NCBI GenBank assembly: GCA_050952625.1
Contig: JBMNLH010000003.1
Location: 1 to 64,000 of the forward strand
Reading direction: 5' to 3'
DNA: 64,000 bases
Source: Bacillota bacterium
GTDB lineage: Bacteria > Bacillota > Ch66 > Ch109
This document shows positions 61,359-64,000 of the stretch, one piece after another. Both the position numbers and the translations under genes were made by a program. Position 1 is the stretch's first letter. Every line of letters starts with the position of its first letter. The notes under the pieces were generated by a model. That model ran no database searches. It was not told the origin of the DNA and saw only the letters and a list, made by a program, of their open reading frames with translations.

Positions 61359-61471
61359 ATTATCTGAATCAAAAGACTCCCACTTCTATATGTGGGGGTT
61401 ACCTTGAATAAACTTCAGGTGGAGAGTCTCCATCTGAAGCCTCGATGTTCAGCGAAGCTGAACGTGTTCAT
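61359..61471 (+). repeat. Family A miniature element (well preserved)
   Basis: TATCTGAATCAAAAGACTCCCACTTCTAT..GTGGGGGTTACC..CTTCAGGTGGAG..CTCCATCTGAAG..GTTCAGCGAAGCTGAAC. Confidence 0.9.
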
Positions 61472-61487
61472 TCGATCCCAATTCTGT

Positions 61488-61811
61488 TTAACCAGGAACC
61501 TCGATTTCCATTTCTAATAATGCTGAACTCAGCGACTTGCCGTGCGGATCAAGCCGCAGAGAGCGGGTTACTCCGCCAGCTAAGGCCTGGTGAAGAACAA
61601 AGTTTAAAGCCCCAATCTTCGGCATCTCGTAACGTACGACTTCTCCGCTCGTCAACCCCTGAAACCAGGCCGCGACTTTGTCCGCGGTCACCTGACTTTC
61701 AATCAGGGGGTAGTCCTCCGGCCGGTAAACGATTAAAGAGAGGTTTAGGGTATTACCTTTATCCCCGGCTCGGGAATGAGCTATTTCGCGAAGCTTGATT
61801 TTCCGAGTCAA
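61488..61811 (-). CDS. AtuA-related small protein (C-terminal domain-like)
   Basis: AHSRAGDKGN, ALNFVL..AL.GG...SLRLDPHGK. Confidence 0.85.
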   Translation of the reverse strand: MTRKIKLREIAHSRAGDKGNTLNLSLIVYRPEDYPLIESQVTADKVAAWFQGLTSGEVVRYEMPKIGALNFVLHQALAGGVTRSLRLDPHGKSLSSALLEMEIEVPG

Positions 61812-61813
61812 TT

Positions 61814-63169
61814 TTATCCCTCCCCCACCTGCTGCATAATAACCTGTGGATGGACCAAGTCTCGGGGGATTAGGGTAGAAACCACGCCGATTACCTCGCG
61901 GATGGAACGACGAGCACCTCCGCCGCCAGCCGGGCCATTGGTCCAGAGGGTTTCGACCTCTTCGCCGATTATCTGCGCTTCGGCCCGAGTGCTTGTCCGG
62001 GCTGCCACCCGCAGCCTTACTTCATAAGGTTCCCCGGTACCATTAGCAATCCAGGTCCCGTGTAACGAGTCTACGCCAATCAAGTCAAACCTGATTTCCT
62101 GATAGGTTGCCCCAATCAGTGCCAGCCTCCGACGCACAATCTCACCAGCCAGTTTAGCCCGTTCCACGGCCCCGGCTCCGGCATAACCAATCTCACCCTC
62201 ACCAATAAAAGAGTCCCGATACCCAATACTCACCTTGAGCTCCCGGGGCTTAGCCCTGGCTGTCCCGCCGGTCACGCGAACCTGATCCGGTCCGATCTGC
62301 TCAAACTCAACGCCGGTAAAATCAGCGATACAGTCTGGCGTATAGTAAGCGGCTGGATCGTGGATCTCATACAGCAACTGCTCCTTGCAGGTCCCGAGCG
62401 AAACCAAACCCCCGGAACCAGGCGGTTTAGTGATGATGGCCGTTCCGTCTGGTTCCACTTCCGCCAGGGGAAAACCTAATTCAGCCAGCCGGGGCACGTC
62501 TTTGTACCCCGGATCAGCAAAGTAGCCTCCGCTAACCTGCCCGGCACATTCTAAAAGGTGCCCGACCACCGTTCCCTGCCCGAGCCGCTGGTAATCATGC
62601 TCGCACCAATTGAATTCATGGACCATGGGTGCCAAAAAAAGAGCCGGATCCGCCACCCTCCCGGTCAGGATAACGTCCGCCCCCTGTGCCAAAGCTTCTA
62701 CCAGCGGGGCACATCCCAAATAAGTGTTTGCCGAAATAATCCGGTTCGCATAGTCTGCCACCGTTTCCCCGGTCTCCAGGATCTGACCGCCATGTTGAAT
62801 AACCGCCTCCAGTACCTCATCGCCGATTACCGCGGCCACCTTCAGGCCTTTTAAACCCTGAGCTGATGCCAATTCCATAACCCGCTGCTGAGCGGCCAGG
62901 GGATTAGCCGCCCCCATGTTCGTGATAATCTTAATTCCCCGCTGCCAACAGGTCTTTAAAACCGGGGCTAACCGCCGAACAAGCTGCGGATTATAGCCAA
63001 GCGACGCATCGCGCAGCCGTTCCTGCTGATAGAGAGCAATTGTCCTTTCAGCTAAGCACTCATAAACTAAATAATTGATCTCTCCCTTTTCCACCAGTTC
63101 TAGGGCCGGCTCAAAACGGTCCCCACCGTACCCAGCCCCGGCCCCGATCCTGATTCGCCTTGCTGTCAA
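61814..63169 (-). CDS. Acyclic terpene utilisation AtuA family (DUF1446)
   Basis: GAGAGYGGDR, ECLAERT, TNMGAANP, GHLLECAGQVSGGYF, EQLLYE. Confidence 0.9.
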   Translation of the reverse strand: MTARRIRIGAGAGYGGDRFEPALELVEKGEINYLVYECLAERTIALYQQERLRDASLGYNPQLVRRLAPVLKTCWQRGIKIITNMGAANPLAAQQRVMELASAQGLKGLKVAAVIGDEVLEAVIQHGGQILETGETVADYANRIISANTYLGCAPLVEALAQGADVILTGRVADPALFLAPMVHEFNWCEHDYQRLGQGTVVGHLLECAGQVSGGYFADPGYKDVPRLAELGFPLAEVEPDGTAIITKPPGSGGLVSLGTCKEQLLYEIHDPAAYYTPDCIADFTGVEFEQIGPDQVRVTGGTARAKPRELKVSIGYRDSFIGEGEIGYAGAGAVERAKLAGEIVRRRLALIGATYQEIRFDLIGVDSLHGTWIANGTGEPYEVRLRVAARTSTRAEAQIIGEEVETLWTNGPAGGGGARRSIREVIGVVSTLIPRDLVHPQVIMQQVGEG

Positions 63170-63198
63170 AATCGCTCATCCCCTATCCCCAACAATGC

Positions 63199-63303
63199 CT
63201 ACTGTTTATGAATGGTCTTCGCGACCAACTGAATAAACCAAACCAAGACACAAATCTGAACGAAACCCAGAATTAGCCAGATCAGAAGTTCTTTGAAGAA
63301 CAT
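63199..63303 (-). CDS. Putative 34-aa single-TM peptide MFFKELLIWLILGFVQICVLVWFIQLVAKTIHKQ
   Basis: Short ORF with AGGGA SD, same strand and just upstream of the AtuA-like gene. Confidence 0.45.
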   Translation of the reverse strand: MFFKELLIWLILGFVQICVLVWFIQLVAKTIHKQ

Positions 63304-63488
63304 AAGCGCATCCCTGCTACTATTTTATTAGCAGAACCAGGGGATTAGTGTCTTATGCTGGCGAAGTAGACAGTATACCTTTACTAACCGCCCATGCCCC
63401 CAAGGACACAACCACCTATATAATAGCGGACTATGTCATCCTAAGCGTTAGCGAAGGATCAAAATTTAACTAATAACCCGCACCTAAT

Positions 63489-64000
63489 CTAAGCACCCAG
63501 CATTCTCATCAAGGCCTCTGGATCCGTCGCCCGGTTGATAGCCTCTTCTCTGGCGATTATTCTTTTCTGTACCAGGTTTCGCAAACTCATATCCAAACTA
63601 ACCATACCATACTTCAGCCCCGTTTGGATCTGACTGATTATCTGATAGGATTTCCCTTCACGGATCAAGTTCCGAATCGCCGGCGTGGCTACCATAATTT
63701 CGAACGCCACCACGCGCCCTGGTTTATCAATGCGGGGAATCAACTGCTGGGCTACCACTCCCTGAATACTGTTGGCCAATTGCACCCGAATCTGTTGCTG
63801 TTGATGCGGGGGGAAAACATCAATCACCCGGTCAATGGTCTGCGCCGCACTGGAAGTATGTAAGGTACCAAACACCAAGTGGCCGGTTTCTGCCGCAGTT
63901 AAAGCAATCCCGATCGTTTCCGGGTCGCGCATCTCCCCAACCAGGATGACATCCGGGTCCTCCCGCAAGGCTGCCCGCAGGGCACTAGCAAAGGACTGCG
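63489..64000 (-). CDS. pilT: Type IV pilus retraction ATPase PilT (5' part outside window)
   Basis: [36 protein letters not shown]. Confidence 0.93.
   Translation of the reverse strand, partial: QSFASALRAALREDPDVILVGEMRDPETIGIALTAAETGHLVFGTLHTSSAAQTIDRVIDVFPPHQQQQIRVQLANSIQGVVAQQLIPRIDKPGRVVAFEIMVATPAIRNLIREGKSYQIISQIQTGLKYGMVSLDMSLRNLVQKRIIAREEAINRATDPEALMRMLGA

Overview
Chromosomal segment of a spore-forming, anaerobic Bacillota (Clostridia/Peptococcaceae-like, inferred from Spo0E, CotF-like coat, GerMN, SLH, DegV and T-box content). The left 12.8 kb is a complete type I-B CRISPR-Cas locus: cas6-cas8b-cas7-cas5-cas3-cas4-cas1-cas2 on the minus strand, a leader, and an array of 58 full 30-bp repeats plus one partial, running off the window edge. 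The rest is mostly housekeeping: TPP riboswitch-thiT-thiN, a frameshifted IS1380, a c-di-GMP-I riboswitch upstream of an MCP, yhaM/yhaO/yhaN, six tRNAs, gerM-like/murI/rph/rdgB, a ChlI-like AAA+/VWA pair, a Phe T-box upstream of paaK, purC, AtuA-like genes and a partial pilT, plus several dispersed palindromic repeat families. Best leads: (1) a self-contained degenerate mini-CRISPR (promoter, two pseudo-repeats, terminator) divergent from cas6, whose pseudo-spacer partly matches the cas operon 5' UTR next to a TCA motif; (2) a TPP riboswitch with an extra hairpin in the pyrophosphate-sensing junction; (3) 21 array spacers of abnormal length, most of which resemble the spacer two positions away (consensus artefact or real spacer shuffling); (4) a ~115-bp IS200/IS605-like miniature element family; (5) a Phe T-box plus partial T-box on phenylacetate-CoA ligase. 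All calls are by eye; no searches were run.
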